A DNA stretch of 63,775 nucleotides, counting the filler, from Neolecta irregularis DAH-3 (lineage: Eukaryota): the NCBI GenBank assembly GCA_001929475.1. It is 5 parts of 5 records of this genome, joined end to end, with 100 filler letters (N's around TTAATTAATTAA, not from the genome) between each part and the next. Parts side by side here need not be neighbours in the genome. Positions count along the whole stretch, not along the records: positions 1 to 30,340 come from LXFE01000141.1; 4 more parts are not named here. One strand, written 5' to 3'. Positions within the stretch are counted from its first letter, which is position 1. The number at the start of each line of letters is the position of its first letter. Of this stretch, positions 1 to 13,777 are shown piece after piece. A model generated the notes under the pieces. It did not search any database. It saw nothing but the letters and a program-made list of their open reading frames with translations, and was not told the origin of the DNA. The translations under genes were made by a program, and so were the position numbers.

Positions 1-67
1 TCAGATTTGAGTTATATGGATTGAGATTCTCAGATTTGAGTTATATGGATTGAGATTCTCAGATTTA
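1..67. repeat. Tandem 30 bp duplication at the window edge
   Basis: TCAGATTTGAGTTATATGGATTGAGATTCT-type unit occurs twice plus a partial third copy; may be an assembly artefact. Confidence 0.7.
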
Positions 68-367
68 TGTATGCGTTTGTCAGCATGCAAACTTGGTTTT
101 GATGCTGGGTGAGACTTTGATTGGGTACTCTAGCGTAGTTACTTGGAAGAGATGTAACTGTATATATTGAATCTCGTGAAAGCCTAGCCTGCTAGTCAGG
201 GTAGGCGCTACTTTTATACAAATCAGCACATATGCACACTCGTCATTTGCCTCTTTGCCTCCCTTGACGTACCCGGTGGCAAATCCTAACTATCCCGAAT
301 GGGCGAGGCCATGACGCTGGCGGCTTCTCCTGACCGTTCCTTTAGTTACCCCTGGTTGGGTGGTGAT

Positions 368-1178
368 CAGGCTTGCTTGCTTGCTCGCTTTGTAAGCATG
401 CAAATCTGGAGGACAAATTGGCAAGTAAGCAAGTACAACTAGACTTGCTTGAATAGACAATAAACTTATAGTTTAAGACTTTTAATGGGACATTGAATTT
501 TTCTTAATACCTCTTCCAAAAGTCCATCCTCAACACTGCAAGTACATTTTTCCTACTTCTATGCTCCAAATGATTGACCAAGGGAAGGTTGAATAGAGAC
601 TTGAACCATTTAGACGTCCAGACCAACTTGACATTTCGTCTGGTCGGTCTAGACAGATTTTGCCAGTTTGGTCTAGTCTATATCGGCCGTCTATTAGATT
701 TACTCGATTAGGAAACGAGGAATGGAAAATCCTGGGCCCATTGCACCCAGATCAGCCTTTGGCTGAGGATCCAATATCATACTGGATACAGCAACAAACC
801 ACCTATCCAACTCTCAGTCTCTTGATATCTTGACAATACCAGTATCAAGTGCTAATTGTGAAAGAGCATTTAATGAGGCAGGTATGCTTGAGCCTCGTCG
901 ATCTAAACTTCAGCCACATATTATTGCAGCAGCCCAGTGCCAGCGAAGCTCCAGTCGGAATGACTTTGTGAATTGGTAATTTATATTAATATATCTTTTC
1001 GTTTCCATTTAACTTATACGCTGCAATGCTTACAATATGGTGAGACGCCCAGTTGCATCAACACTAAAAATTCAAGCAAGTCCATCAAAGCAAGTCCAAT
1101 TATGCAAGTAAAATACCAAGTAAGTCCAAGCAAGCAAGCAAGTCCAAAATCCAGACTTGGACTTGCTTAGCAACTCTG
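368..1178 (+). mobile_element. Deleted hAT-family DNA transposon
   Basis: Right TIR reads CAGAGTTGCTAAGCAAG on the minus strand (ends 1178); degenerate left end CAGGCTTGC at 368; GCAA/CTTG subterminal repeats at both ends; flanks GTGGTGAT (360-367) and GTGGTAAC (1179-1186) form a 6/8 TSD; internal transposase remnant. Confidence 0.8.
765..950 (+). pseudogene. hAT transposase C-terminal dimerisation-domain remnant
   Basis: Translates EDPISYWIQQQTTYPTLS, then a frameshift, then LDILTIPVSSANCERAFNEAG...RRSKLQP, matching the hAT dimerisation motif W..YP.L..A.DIL.IP.SSA..ER.F..AG. Confidence 0.85.
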
Positions 1179-1412
1179 GTGGTAACTGTGGCAACCTGGG
1201 GTTCGCGTAAATATGGGGAAACCCCAAGTCCCCATTCATATGGAGTGCGAGATTATTGCGAGGTTCATATTAGAGTGCATGAGATCAGATCTATATTCGA
1301 TGCAGTTTTATGTTTTACATTTGACCTGATTGTCACCGTATTTCAGTCCACACTTGGCCAATTCACTCCACACTGCGTTCTTTCACCCCACACCTGTATT
1401 CTGGCGCTCCCA

Positions 1413-4400
1413 ATGGCTCTGGCTTCTGTACAACCCGCATAAATCTCCTGCTTACGCCAGTGGCGCCAGTTTTATTTCTTCAACGCTACATTTATACGCG
1501 ACGAGCAGAACCGTGCGCCTGCAGTCTTTAGGGCACACGACATCAACACCATCGCCTCTTCAGACAACAGTATCCTTCTAGGCGATTCAGAGGGCCGTGT
1601 CCATCTTGTCGCCTCCTCTTTCAAAGTCGCACTCACATTCATCGTTTATGACCAAGGCCGTATCTCACACATGCGCACAGTCTCTGGGCTACTCGTCACA
1701 ATTGGGGTGCATTTATCCATGCCGTCTAAACTCTGATCAAAGAATGAACTCGTTTCAGAACCTATCATCAAGGTCTGGGCTCTAAATAATATCGATCGGA
1801 AAACAAATGTTCCCATATCATCTTTTACCCTAAACACCGGACGGAAACCCTTTCCCGTACCACACCACACACACACCGCTAATCCACAGGTCTCTGCTTT
1901 CACAGTCTTCCCGGATCTCACTCAGGTTGCCGTGGGTTTCTCAAATGGCACAGTAATCCTCGTTCGAGGCGACTTGGCTCGAGATCGAGGGGCAAAGCAA
2001 AGGGTAATATTCGAAAGCGAAGAACCAATCACCGGCTTGGAATTCGTCTCGGGATCCAAAATGACGCTGCTATACGTTGTCACTACTGCTCGCGTCTTGA
2101 CCTACACTTGTCTTGGCAAAGGACAAGGTCAACCTGTCAGAGTATTGGATAGTCTCGGTGCAGGACTGAATTGTACCTCGATCACTCAAGATGGAAACCT
2201 CGTTATCATCAGAGAAGATGCAGTGTATTTTTACAAGGAAAACAATCGGGGTCCTTGTTATGCGTTTGAAGGTACATCAATATTTTTTGATCCACTAAAC
2301 CAAGGACAAAAATCCCTTCTCAAAACTTTTAATGGTTACTTGGCCGTTGTCAGTCCTCAACCCCATCAAACTTCCAAATTCAAATCAATGTCTCCTGTCC
2401 CCCCAGATCCATTTGAAACCAGCAAAGTCACCCTTTTGGATACTGAAAACAAATTTATCGCGCACGTTTCAAGCCTCCCAAATGATGTCAAACATATATT
2501 TTCCGCATGGGGAGAACTCTACGTCTTATTAATCGATGGCTCTGTAATTCTCTTCGACTCGCCCTTGGGTTTTAACTATCAAGGTACTCCGATTAGCAGA
2601 AAAGGAAATGTCTGCAAAATTAGAAATTTTATACCAAAAAAGTCTCTATATGCTCGCGATAAACCTCGCACAAGCAAAACATCTTGATTTGCGAAAAATA
2701 AGCGAAATTGTCAAGAGATATGGAGATCATTTATATAATAAAGGAGACTACGACAGTGCTATGCAGCAATACATCAAATCCATCGGTGCAGTGCAACCCT
2801 CTCTTGTTATTCGAAAATACCTCGATGCCCAACGAATTCACAATCTTACCTCCTTTCTCGAAGAATTGCATAATCGCAGACTAGCAAATTCAGATCATAC
2901 AACCCTTCTACTCAACTGCTACGCAAAATTAAAAGATGTGGAGAAATTGCAGAAATTTGTTACCAGTGATGAAGAATTGAAGTTTGATTTGGAGACTGCT
3001 ATTACCGTTTGTCGACAAGCTGGGTTTAATACGCAGGCTGCATATTTGGCTAAACGGTATGGTCAAGTTGATACGCTTATGGCTATCATGATTGAGGATT
3101 TAAAAGAGTATTCAAGTTCTCTTAATTATATACGCAGAATGGAACCAGACAATGTACGTCTAGACTAGACCACCAACTAATTCTCAAGGTCGTTAATGTC
3201 CTTGAAATATATGGAAAGTCCCTTTTGGATAAACTACCACAAGAAATGACTAATCTGTACATTGAGCTTTATACGGGAAAATATACACCTTTTATTGAAG
3301 ATGATCCGGTCGCCGAATCTACTCTGCAAGTTGGACCATTTGCTTCATTCATGACACTGCCTGCGATCACGAATTTGAATTTTGCGGATTATTTACCTTA
3401 TCGATCGGCTAATTCGATATCGAGCTCGGTTATATCGCCTCCACCGTCACAACGAGAAACTTCGATTGTGGAAACGGGATTTATGAATATTCCGGCACCG
3501 GTTAAACCTACTTACCAGGTTCCCAAACCTAGATCTGCGTTTGCGGTGTTCGTCGATCATCCAAAATGTTTTGTGCAATTCCTTGAAGCGTGTTTGGAGA
3601 TTGAACCTACTGATCAAGATGTCCGACTTGCTCTGTTTGAAGGATATCTCGGGATGGCTAGACTGATTCCGGATGAAAAGGATTCGTTGCATTGTAAAGC
3701 TAAAGATTTGCTTACTTCAGATTCTGTAAATCTTGTAGTGCATTTCACAGCTGATCCATCACAGGCGACTGTAGACCCCCCTCGTGCGCTTCTCTTATCA
3801 CATCTATGCGACTTTTCAATTGGAAAAGACTTGATAAGAGAACGCTCGGGGCTAAAGGTTGATATCTTTCAATCATATACAATCGCCAACAACGTACAAG
3901 GGGCAATATCTGCGTTGAACAAGTATGGAATGGAGGAACCTGAACTCTATCCGCTTGCCTTGACCTACTTTACCAGTTCCCCAGACGCCATGGAAGCCGC
4001 TGGTGATGAATTTCTTTCAGTACTGAGGAAAATCGAACAAGACGCGTTGATGGCGCCATTACAAGTCGTACAAGCGTTGAGCGGAAATGCAATCGCCACT
4101 ATCGGCGCGGTGAAAAGTTATCTTGCTGAAATCATCGACAAGGAGAAACGAGAAATTGAGAATGTATGAATCTGTTTACTCCATGATATATTGACCACCA
4201 TAGAATCGTAAATTAATCGAAAGTTATAAATCAGACACACTGAAAAAGAAGAATGAAATCAAAGATCTTCAGCAAAGGTGATAACCCCGGGGAAAACACG
4301 GTTTACCGACTAGTGCGAGAGTATTTCAAGTCACTAGATGTTCAGCATGCGGAGGTTCCCTGGAATTACCAGTCATTCATTATCTCTGTAAACACTCCTT

Positions 4401-4668
4401 CCATCACCGGTAATCTCTTCTCTAATTAAATACTAACATCCATTTTCTCAGCTGTATCAACGATACCGAAGACTCTGAATGTCCACAATGTGCTAGTGGC
4501 AATGCAGCTGTTCGGGCCCTTGTCCGTGCTCATGACGAAATGGCAGATCGAAACGATTTATTTCATGCAAATGTTACTAATGCGCAAGATAAATTTAAAG
4601 CAATGTTGGAGTTTCCGGGAGTTTTGAATTTAGAAAGAGGATTATTGGTTGATTCATATAAAATATAA
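1413..4668 (+). CDS. VPS11: Vacuolar protein sorting-associated protein 11 (HOPS/CORVET core), about 11 exons
   Basis: Spliced start MALASWRQFYFF; motifs VRGDLARDRGAKQR, YGDHLYNKGDYDSAMQQYI, KYLDAQRIHNLTSFLEELH, DHTTLLLNCYAKLKD; C-terminal RING (CSACGGSLELPVIHYLCKHSFHHRC...CPQC). Confidence 0.95.
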
Positions 4669-5135
4669 TTAAACGTCATTAAAATTAATCTGTTCTTTTG
4701 ATTTATTCGTATCGTATGAATGTTGGAGTAGAGGTTTCCTTCCTAAACGTATGGCTAGTCTAAAAAGGGAATGGGAATTGGAATCGCTGGGAATATCTTC
4801 AGACTATTTTTGCACTATATCATAATTTGTATAAGATTAATTCAATTGTGGTTGGGGTTTAAAAAAATCTGTGGGCCTGTAGGTCTGTACGTATCCCATT
4901 TATAACAGCTTGAGCTGATGTACTATTTCAAGCTCTCATCTTGGTTGATTTTCCATATACCTTGTAACTGAAATACAGGTAACAAAGGAATATCTAAAGT
5001 ACATTTCAAGTATTATGACAAGCAGTCGACACATATATACAGTTGTACAGTTGTGAACAAAAAGACTCAATATCAGCACCAAAACGATCCTACCCAAACC
5101 CCAAAATTTCCTTACCGCAAGAATTTTGAAAGCAA

Positions 5136-6573
5136 TTAGCTACTGAGAGTTGACAAATTATCGTCCTCTTCTTGCTGTCCATGGTGGTATTGGTAGTTAT
5201 CCTCAGCAAGACTATTGCGGAATGCTTTACTCGCTTCTTCCATGAGGTCCCACCGAGTAGTTTCAAGGTAACCCTTGATCTCACCCAAAATTTCGTCCGG
5301 TTCAAATTTCCCTTGAGGAGTGAATAACAGCAGAGTATCAGCTTTCTCATGTGGACTTGCGTGCGGTGTCTCAAAAGTTTTAAATCCGTCGTTTTTCCTT
5401 GGAGAAGAAAGTCCCTTTAAGAATTAGATGATGTTGCATAAGGACAAGGCGAACCTGAAAAGTTGTATCACTATTTAACATGGCTTGAGGCATTACATCC
5501 TGCGCAAATGCTTCATATAAACTTGCTTGAGCTGCCCGAAGTTCATCCTGTGTATTCAACATCTGTGTCCTCTCAGGTTTGTCTTGGTCGCCGACTTTGT
5601 CGCGTGGCGACGGGGGAAGGATGAGAGCAATTCCCACGGATTCCTTTTGTTTGAACTGCTTTGGATCAGAAGATGAGGTTCCAGGAACGAAAGAGGGGGT
5701 CTTTGCGGACAGGGGAAATTTAGGATGAGGCGTGGGAGATGACTGTGGAATAACTGTAGAGTCGTGATGAGAAGATACTTTATGGACAGATGTAAGAGCG
5801 AGGTTATTCACCAAAGAGGTCCAAGGTGATCTCGATTTTTCTCGCGGTACTGATTGTTTACCAGATTGGGTTTGCACTAGCTTTGATAACGATAGGGCGC
5901 AATCACCATTTGTCGGGATTAGAAACGGTTCAGATGGAACAACGACAGCTTTGATGGGCGATTCGGTCAATACAGTCTGTAAATTGTCTTCCGAAAAAGC
6001 GACGCGGATTTTTCGAGTCTTGCTTGCATCACGATCATCATCATCATGGGAAGCGGTTTCAGTTCTATCTTCGCTTTCTTCTCCTTTCAATCTAACTTTC
6101 TTCTGAAAATGGAAAGATGGGAGCAATGAACTAGAGGGGCAATCAAGTGATTCGTGGAGTGTAGGCTGGCTAATGGTGCCCGCGACAGAATTAGAAGTCG
6201 GTGCCGGAATGTGTTGCAACGCTGAAAAATCGGCCTCAAGAGTCTCCAGTTTCGTTCGTTTTGAAGTCGAGGCCCGAATTTCTTTCCCCACAGCAAAATA
6301 CGTCGAGATCTTAGCATCATCTTGCTCCCTCCTCCTCCATTTCCGCTTAGTTCTCGAGACTCCTGATTCTTGTGTAGATGATGCAGGTGTACATGATACT
6401 GTATGTTTTGATCGATTGTATGGATTGATATCAAATGGGCCTCGAAGCATTGCTGTAAAAATAGAAATAGATTCACCACTCAGGACCTTGTCTTTGAAAA
6501 ATTTGACATTGGCCTTGCGTTGTTCGTGGTTTTCCTCAGTATCGCTGTCAGGCGCCAGGATTTCGTGGTCCAT
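5136..6573 (-). CDS. Uncharacterised, mostly disordered protein with short conserved-looking motifs (2 exons)
   Basis: 397 aa ORF plus a ~40 nt intron near 5416-5455 extends to a stop at 5136; motifs IFTAMLRGPFDINPY, NTQDELRAAQASL and DEILGEIKGYLETTRWDL. Confidence 0.75.
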
Positions 6574-6647
6574 CCAAGTCTAGCTTCTCGTATGTTTGGG
6601 TGGCTTTTGAATGATCCCATGAAATCGGACGTTCACGTGCGTTCTAA

Positions 6648-7853
6648 TTAATCTCGCAATCGATTGTATTTGTTTACAATAAGACGAGTCAAAAATAAAT
6701 TTTGCAATACAATTATAAATTGGCCATATCTATGTTTCCAATCTGATTGGCTATTATGAGAGGGAAAGACCCTACCAATGCCTACAGTTAATCCGATTCG
6801 AATAAAAAGGTATACAAATGCACGGCAATCTATTTCAACAATTACCTTGACTTGGATCTGGTATTCTCTGTTCAAGCTTGGTGTTTTGAAAGTTTGCAAA
6901 AGGTGTACGGGTATGCCAAGCGTCATTGCTTCTGGTAATTCCTTGATATGCTCCACAGTCTCTCCAATATATTCTTTATGAAGGCAATTCTTGTAAGACG
7001 AGACTTGCAGCAGATCTGCCGAAGTCTTAAGAACTTTATATTTTACCTTAGTAGCAAGATGAATAGAGAAGTTGTAGGAGCTGCCCATAAACGCGACAGG
7101 GTGATATTTGAGTTGTAAGGTCGCAGGCTTTTTATTTTTAGTTGACAATACAGATATTCGCTTAACTGAATGAAGCGTTTGATCGAAAATGTTGTGTTTC
7201 TGTATGAAATTTGCAGTTCTTGGCGGGGACAAAAGAAACCAAGAAGGAATTGGCAAGTTTGCTTCACGAGCCAAATGGATCTCAACTTGATAGCGCTTCA
7301 TTTGAGGACGTTTCCTTGATATCTGAGGCCACCTGATAATGACTTTAAAGCAATACCTGTACAAGATCAATACAGTGCATACATGTTGTGCAACCATATA
7401 CGCGCAAGCTTGTCACCGAGCATTACTTGAGTGCTTCTAGGAAGAAGATAGCGAGACCGCTCTTGGAGATAGATGTCCCAATACTCGTTCTGGTCTTTAG
7501 AATGGTAGACTAAGATATCTGATTCTTCAGGAATCCTGAATTCAAAATACTCGTTATGGAAGCCCTTATGGTAATGCCTAAGTCGAGTCGAGAGAATAAC
7601 TCGCGATAAAATCTATGTATTAGACTAGACTAGATTGAACGGGGCGCACCCTTTGATTCTTTCCACCTACAGAGCAATAGCCTTCGAAGAGAACATCAAG
7701 TCCGTCTATATAGCCTGAAGCTAGAGTTTCGAAGAAAACGCTAGCCCGTATATTTTGACCAACGTGAATAGGTGAAAAATCATCGGATTGCTTTTGATAT
7801 TCGATTTGGACCTTGCTACCGAGAGAAGCGAGTTTAATATCGCTTATCGTCAT
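6648..7853 (-). CDS. Putative arrestin-fold/Bul1-like adaptor protein (3 exons)
   Basis: ORFs 7620-7853 and 6648-7397 are joined by short GT-AG introns; beta-strand pattern (LDVLFEGYCSV, IWYCFKVII, QTFKTPSLNREYQIQVKV) resembles fungal arrestin-like proteins. Product call is tentative. Confidence 0.5.
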
Positions 7854-9658
7854 ATTATCAAGATTATTCCAGAGCTGCTTTACAGAAACTGAATTTAGAA
7901 CGTCGAGGCAACGTAGAGATGAAAAATATGAATGTTGGTGGACTTCTCTTCAGCCATTAAAAATGACGAAATTGACTCGAGTCTACAAAGTTTGATCGCC
8001 ACAAATATGGAGCAAGAAGCATATCGTTTCGAAACGAAAACTATGCCCTGGGGTTTTGTGCATCACCAGTAGAGAAATGAGTTCCCTATTTTTAAGGTGC
8101 CAATTCAAATCGGGGTTGCACATTCTAACATTTCTATTCATTTTGCTCAATCATTGCAATCATAGCCTTTTTCTCATTATTGATTAACAGCATTGCCTTG
8201 ATATATTATAGTTGTTACAGGCATATCCACATGTAAATCGACTCTGTAGATTACATAATGGATAGGAAACATCTGGTCTTTAGACTACTAAACATTCATC
8301 GCAAAGCCACAGTTTCACTAGTTCATGGAATCAATACAAGGTTCAATGCATGTGTAACACACAGATTGCAATTTCAGGTAGGTTCACAAGGAACTGGACT
8401 TTTCTTCTCACTTGGAGATTCAATTTATCTGAGGGAGCATGGTTTTGGTTTCCTTGAGGCTGAGATTAGGAGAGAGTTTGTAGAAATTAGAAAGGTATAT
8501 TGTGATTTGTGACTATCCGAAAAGACTGGCTCCAGGCACATATTTACAGCCCCACTGTTCTCCTATCCAGCAGAGGGGCGAGAAAAGTAGTTAAGGAAAG
8601 ACAAAGAGAGAAGGAATATATTAGCACAGAAAAAGGAGAGAAAGAAAGAGAAAGTGCTTACCATACCGCCAAAGAGACACAGGCCGGGGATTAGGTGACT
8701 CCGTTCGGTTGCTAGTAAAAAAGGCTTCCAAATGATGGTTGATGCTGGGAGGAGGAAGGGGTGGGTATTGCAGTTGATTGCGAGAAGGGTTCGAGAGCAT
8801 GGCATTAGGAAAAAAAGAGAAAGATTTTGGGCCATGGGGGAGAGGAAAAAGGGGGAAATGCGAAGGGGTGAATTAGGCGACAGCATGCTGGGGTCACTAA
8901 AGGTTCTGGGATCACTAAGGGTAAAGGTCGCAGAGAATTATGGTAGCGGGTGATTAATGCGATGAGATGAAGGTTTTGGTTATGATGATATTGAGTAAAA
9001 AGTGTCTCGTACCACACGTGTATGACCTACTACTGTCACCTAAACTGTTTGTGGTGTGAACTTTATGACTATTAGTCAGCAGAAATTTTAGGATTAGAAA
9101 TGCTTTATAAAAATTTTCGGCTCTCCGTGTTTCATTGGGTCATAAGCATGTCCTACTACGACTTATTGGCGTTACTTCGCCGAATCGGTTTCAAATAACT
9201 CGCCGAATTCTTCCAACTGATATCTCTCTCGCTCTAAAAGTCGGTAGTGGCCGAGGTTACGATTAGCCCGTTGGCTTGGCTCGGCGTAGGGCCAAGCATT
9301 TAGGATCCACTTCATGCCCATCGTTCCAGACTTATCGCTCCTTTGAATGTCACGTCCTAAACATGGAAGGCAAGGTTAATGAACCCATTTCATATCGGCT
9401 TTCGGAAAACCTTTTTGGGGGGAGCACTCAGCCTCACGGTTGATACATCTCGGCTTTGGTGTCTTAAACACTACCCTACAAAGCACCCAACAAATAAATC
9501 TGCGATGTGATCAACATCACTAAAATAGTCAACTACCACGAGTTTTTATATGAGACGAGCAAACCGGTAGGAAAAGGAGGTCCCTATTTCTTCTCCCCTT
9601 ATTACACAAGCTTCAATAATCACAATCCGTGGCTACCTTTTGAAGTTCAACGATTAAG

Positions 9659-11102
9659 ATGTCTCACAGCCTCAGTAATCCACTGTTGATTGATCCGAAA
9701 CTCATGCAAGCATCTCGAAAGAAGTACATTACAGAGCTGAGCTTTTCCAAGAACGATTTCGGTGTCACCATCGGACGTCGCGATTCCATAAATCTGTTAC
9801 ATAAAGCTTCCATAGGTGTTAAGGGAATTATTTCATCGATTCGTGGAGATCCATCAACATACCATACGCTGAAGAATCAAATTAAAGAACAAGAGGCTAC
9901 CATCAAAGAACTTCAAGTAGTAGTTGCAGAGCAGGAGGAACAAATCAATTCAATCAAACTCAGTAATAACACATTGTCAAGAACGGCCTCGAAGATGTCA
10001 TGGGCAGCCGAGAGTGTATCTCGAGAGAATCACGACGTTAAAAAACAATTACTTGGTGTCAAAAAATTGGCGAGCATGCAGAGCATTAATGCTCAGCAAT
10101 TGATTCGCGAGATTGGATCTGAGATTACAATGCTTCAAGAACAAAATTTTCGATTGCATATGGAAATCGAACACTCGAATTTCACACAAGTACAGGCAAA
10201 TCCAATCCAGACCTTTGGTGAATCTGATGGCTATTATGCCGAGTCCTTCGAGAAACTTGAAGAAGACATTCAAGCATGGGTGCTTGATATAGACAAAGAG
10301 ATCACAGCTTCGATTATGGGGAACCGAATCCCCATTCCCACTAATTCTGCTCTCTGTAAATTTATCGAGAAATCGGCATGCAAACAAATCACTGGTAATG
10401 TCTTACTTGAAAACAACAAGATTCGAGTTGCAAGTATTCGAGCCTTGATTGCAGAAAAGCTATTCGAGTATGTTTTTGGAAGATTTCTTGTTATGTGGAC
10501 AAAGGATGCCAATGATGATTTCTTGTACTTAATTTCGTTGATGGAAAAAGGTATCCAGTTTTATTTTGCACGGCTAAACTCAATAAGACCCGAAAGTAAA
10601 TGCAGCTGAGTGGAAAGCAGAAATCTTCCGAGTAATTTCACAAAACCCTGAAGTTTATTCACCAACAAAATTTGTCGAGTGGTTCAGCGAAAACATTTAC
10701 AAGATTCTCGATGGATTTTCGGTGTCTGTGAGAAATGAGGCAAACGATAAAGCACTTGAGAAAATTGTGCTATTTGCCATTTCTCTGTCAATGCAGTTAC
10801 AAATGGAGAGCTGGAAGCGGTCAACCGTATTTATCGATACAAATACCCGTTATCAGCTCCTCGAGGAAACAGTTGTGACGGATAACGCGGTTGAAAAGGG
10901 TCATGTATGCCTATGTATTTTTCCACTTATTCGTCGAATCAGCACGAATGACCAGTCTGCATCAGGCAAAGGTGAGAAGTCAGCATTGTTGGTAAAGGCA
11001 AGATGTTGGATATCCGAACACTCGAAATGCACTATGACTAATTTCGAATCCAGAGAATCACTGAAGAGACTCAAACATCGCAGCATGCCAGGGTTTCTGT
11101 GA
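9659..11102 (+). CDS. Hypothetical coiled-coil protein (start uncertain)
   Basis: 316 aa ORF with heptad repeats (LKNQIKEQEATIKELQVVVAEQEEQI) joined through a short intron near 10550-10587 to the 10722-11102 frame. Confidence 0.7.
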
Positions 11103-11620
11103 TTTTGCGCCTATAAATTCCATGTCGATTGATTCTTGAGGTGCTATTCTTATATTTGTAATTAAGGAGATCTATGTACGATGTTTATTGTTTATTGTTT
11201 AATGTTTAAAGTTGAGTTGATGACAGTGGAATATTACAGGCTATATACGGCTATTATCAGAATCAGTGAACATTGCTATTCAATCTGTACTTAAAGTTTA
11301 GTTCAGTTGGATCATTTCAAGTATACAATTCTTAGTTGGAAAAGTCATTGATATGCAGCAGTTCATTCAAGGCCATCAAATTAGAGACTACAGATGTACT
11401 GAGTCCGGGATGAATACTTGAAAATGATTTGTGCATCTTGATCTTCACAATATTTTATTCAAGCGTTCTTCCTAACAAACTAGAGCACCCGTCACTTCCT
11501 TGAGGGAATCTTTTTCCAGGAATTGTTGAGTAGGTGGTTCATAACCACCTAGTAATCTACCATATTGCCAAGATTATGCTGTATTGTCTTCCTCTAAGCC
11601 AAGTAACATAATATCTTTAA

Positions 11621-11817
11621 TGTAAGTCGTGAAGCTCTGAGTACAAATAAGATCGGATTATATTTCCTAATCTAATCTAAGTAAGTAGACTTTAGAGCTT
11701 AGGTTAGGTATGCCTCGCTTGCCTTTATATACTCTATCTAATTGCCCTTATGTTAATCTGCGCCGCCTTACTATATTGGTAACTTATACTCTGTAAATCT
11801 CTGAGTATATCGTTACA
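11621..11817 (-). mobile_element. Diverged solo LTR, ~197 bp family
   Basis: TGTAAG...TTACA termini; aligns by eye with the reverse complement of 26979-27173 (GAGTACAAATAAGATC, CCTTTATATAC, CTATCTAAT, CCCTTAT). No TSD retained. Confidence 0.75.
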
Positions 11818-13777
11818 GAAGGTGTACCCTTTCAGCTACAGTATTAAAGCAAGTTTGGATGAACCATTCTATTCATGTACCACATATAAAGCTTGAGCCA
11901 TGCAGGTTGTAGCTAGAGTATATATACATAATTGATTTAATAGATTGTTGATGGATGAGCGCAGTCGTAGAAGAACAAAAGCAGAAACTGACAGGGACAA
12001 TTTCATAACACCAGCCTCCCCGGAAGAAGAGATAAATGATTAATAAAAAGATAAGTAAAAGAAGTAGCCATCATCAATACCCTGGATCCGGCCAAGGAGT
12101 CTTGAAAGTGACGGGGAAGCAAGGGGAGGATCGTTGTGTTGAAATTGGGTTGGAGCAATTTCTCGCCGGCGGTGCCACAAACTTAGGGAAAATATCATCC
12201 CGGCTCGGTGGCGCAATAGCCGAGAGCTGATTGGTACTGCGGTATCTCGATAACCATCCAGACCCCTCAATCAAAACAAACCTCCAGATCTCCCATTTCC
12301 AAATTCAACCGCCATACAATCTTAACCTACATTCTTTCCAAGAAATGCAATCGCAACCGCTGCCTGGTATAGCGCTGCTTCTCCCGGGGCTGAACCCGCT
12401 TTTACGCCCACAAATATCTTGCCCAAACTTGCTTGGAACCGCTCGTTCCCTGACTCACCCTCATTTGCCCTCCCCTTCGAAGTGTTCTCCGTCGCCTACA
12501 TCGGATTACTTCAGTGAAGATGAAACGTAATGACCATGACCAAACTAGAATACTAATATATAGACGCATGCACTTTCGTTCGCCAAAGGAAAGACCTATC
12601 CTTCGCAATATACAATCAAATATTTCGGTTCATGTTCAACGCTCCATGGTGAGTTTTAATGAAGTAATCCAGCCGCCTTCGAGTCGAAAGTCTAGCATGA
12701 TCAGTATACTTAACGCTTTCGGAAGGGCCGAAACAGACAGTAATGTAAATGACCGTCTAGCGCCTATTGAAGACTCGCCGGTGTTGTCGTCATTACCGAA
12801 CAAAGATCCCTCAAAGAGACCTAGAAAAAAGAACTATTGGATTAGGTGGTTTAAATATGTTCCAAAAGAAAGGCGTTGATGATGTACTGTGTATGTTTTG
12901 ATGCTCATTTTTAGATGGTACTGTGCATTTTGGTTCTTTTATGTTTGTGTTATGATTTGCAAAGATCCTTAAATTATTGTATACAAAGCAACCCATGGGA
13001 TTTCCACTTCCAGTGGTATTGATACTAGTTGGAAATTGGAATGAGGTTGAGGCCGCAATACTGATAACTTTCGGCATACTAGTAGTTAAGCTTTTGCAGG
13101 AGGTGTTATTTCGAGAAATGAAATCTTTCAATGTTTTCATTGCACATCTGGCTTAAGAAATACCGACGGATTAAAATCTATTGTCAAATATCGGCATAAG
13201 GTGTGAAATAGGCGATAGTGGTATCATAGAACACCAGCCTAATGGACCTCAGAGATTGACGGCGCTGCTCATAAAAAGGAGTTAAATCACTCGTCTATAT
13301 ACTGCTTCCGGAGATGATGAACCTAGAGTGGATCGTTTGACCAACACCTGCCTACCTTTTGTAAGTGTCACAGTTCTGATGATAGGAATCGTGAAGGCGT
13401 ATCTCACGAGGAGATGTTATCATTAGTATATAAAGCTGTCACATTACGCAGACCTAACCGATGTCCACGTACTGAGGTTAGAATAAACCTTAGTCTCATT
13501 CGTACTTGGGTCCTCGTCTTACACCTTTCGCTGAAATAGTAATCGAGGGAATAGGCTCTTCTGCAGGGCTATTTGTGTAACCCCAGTTATCCATCAAGCG
13601 TGGCAATGCAGTTAATCATCTTCAAAGGATAGTCACTACATCACAAAATAAAAGTTTGCGTGTTGTCCCCAGTTATGGTAAAAAGATTTCGGTCATGTGA
13701 TCTTGCAGTCACATGGTCTTGTAGTCAACCTTGAAGTTGAATGAAAGTCCGCCTGAAATCTCGAAACCAAAGCATAA

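Larger units (their letters stand above)
153..1319 (-). mobile_element. Possible solo LTR interrupted by a hAT insertion
   Basis: Starts TGTAAC at 153 and has a candidate TTACA end at 1319; TATA-like TATAAAAG on the minus strand near 215. No target-site duplication found, so the right boundary is uncertain. Confidence 0.3.

Noticed and set aside
8200-9020. Purine-skewed region with several short ORFs
   Set aside because: No recognisable domain, termini or second copy in the window; possibly an old TE but not supportable.
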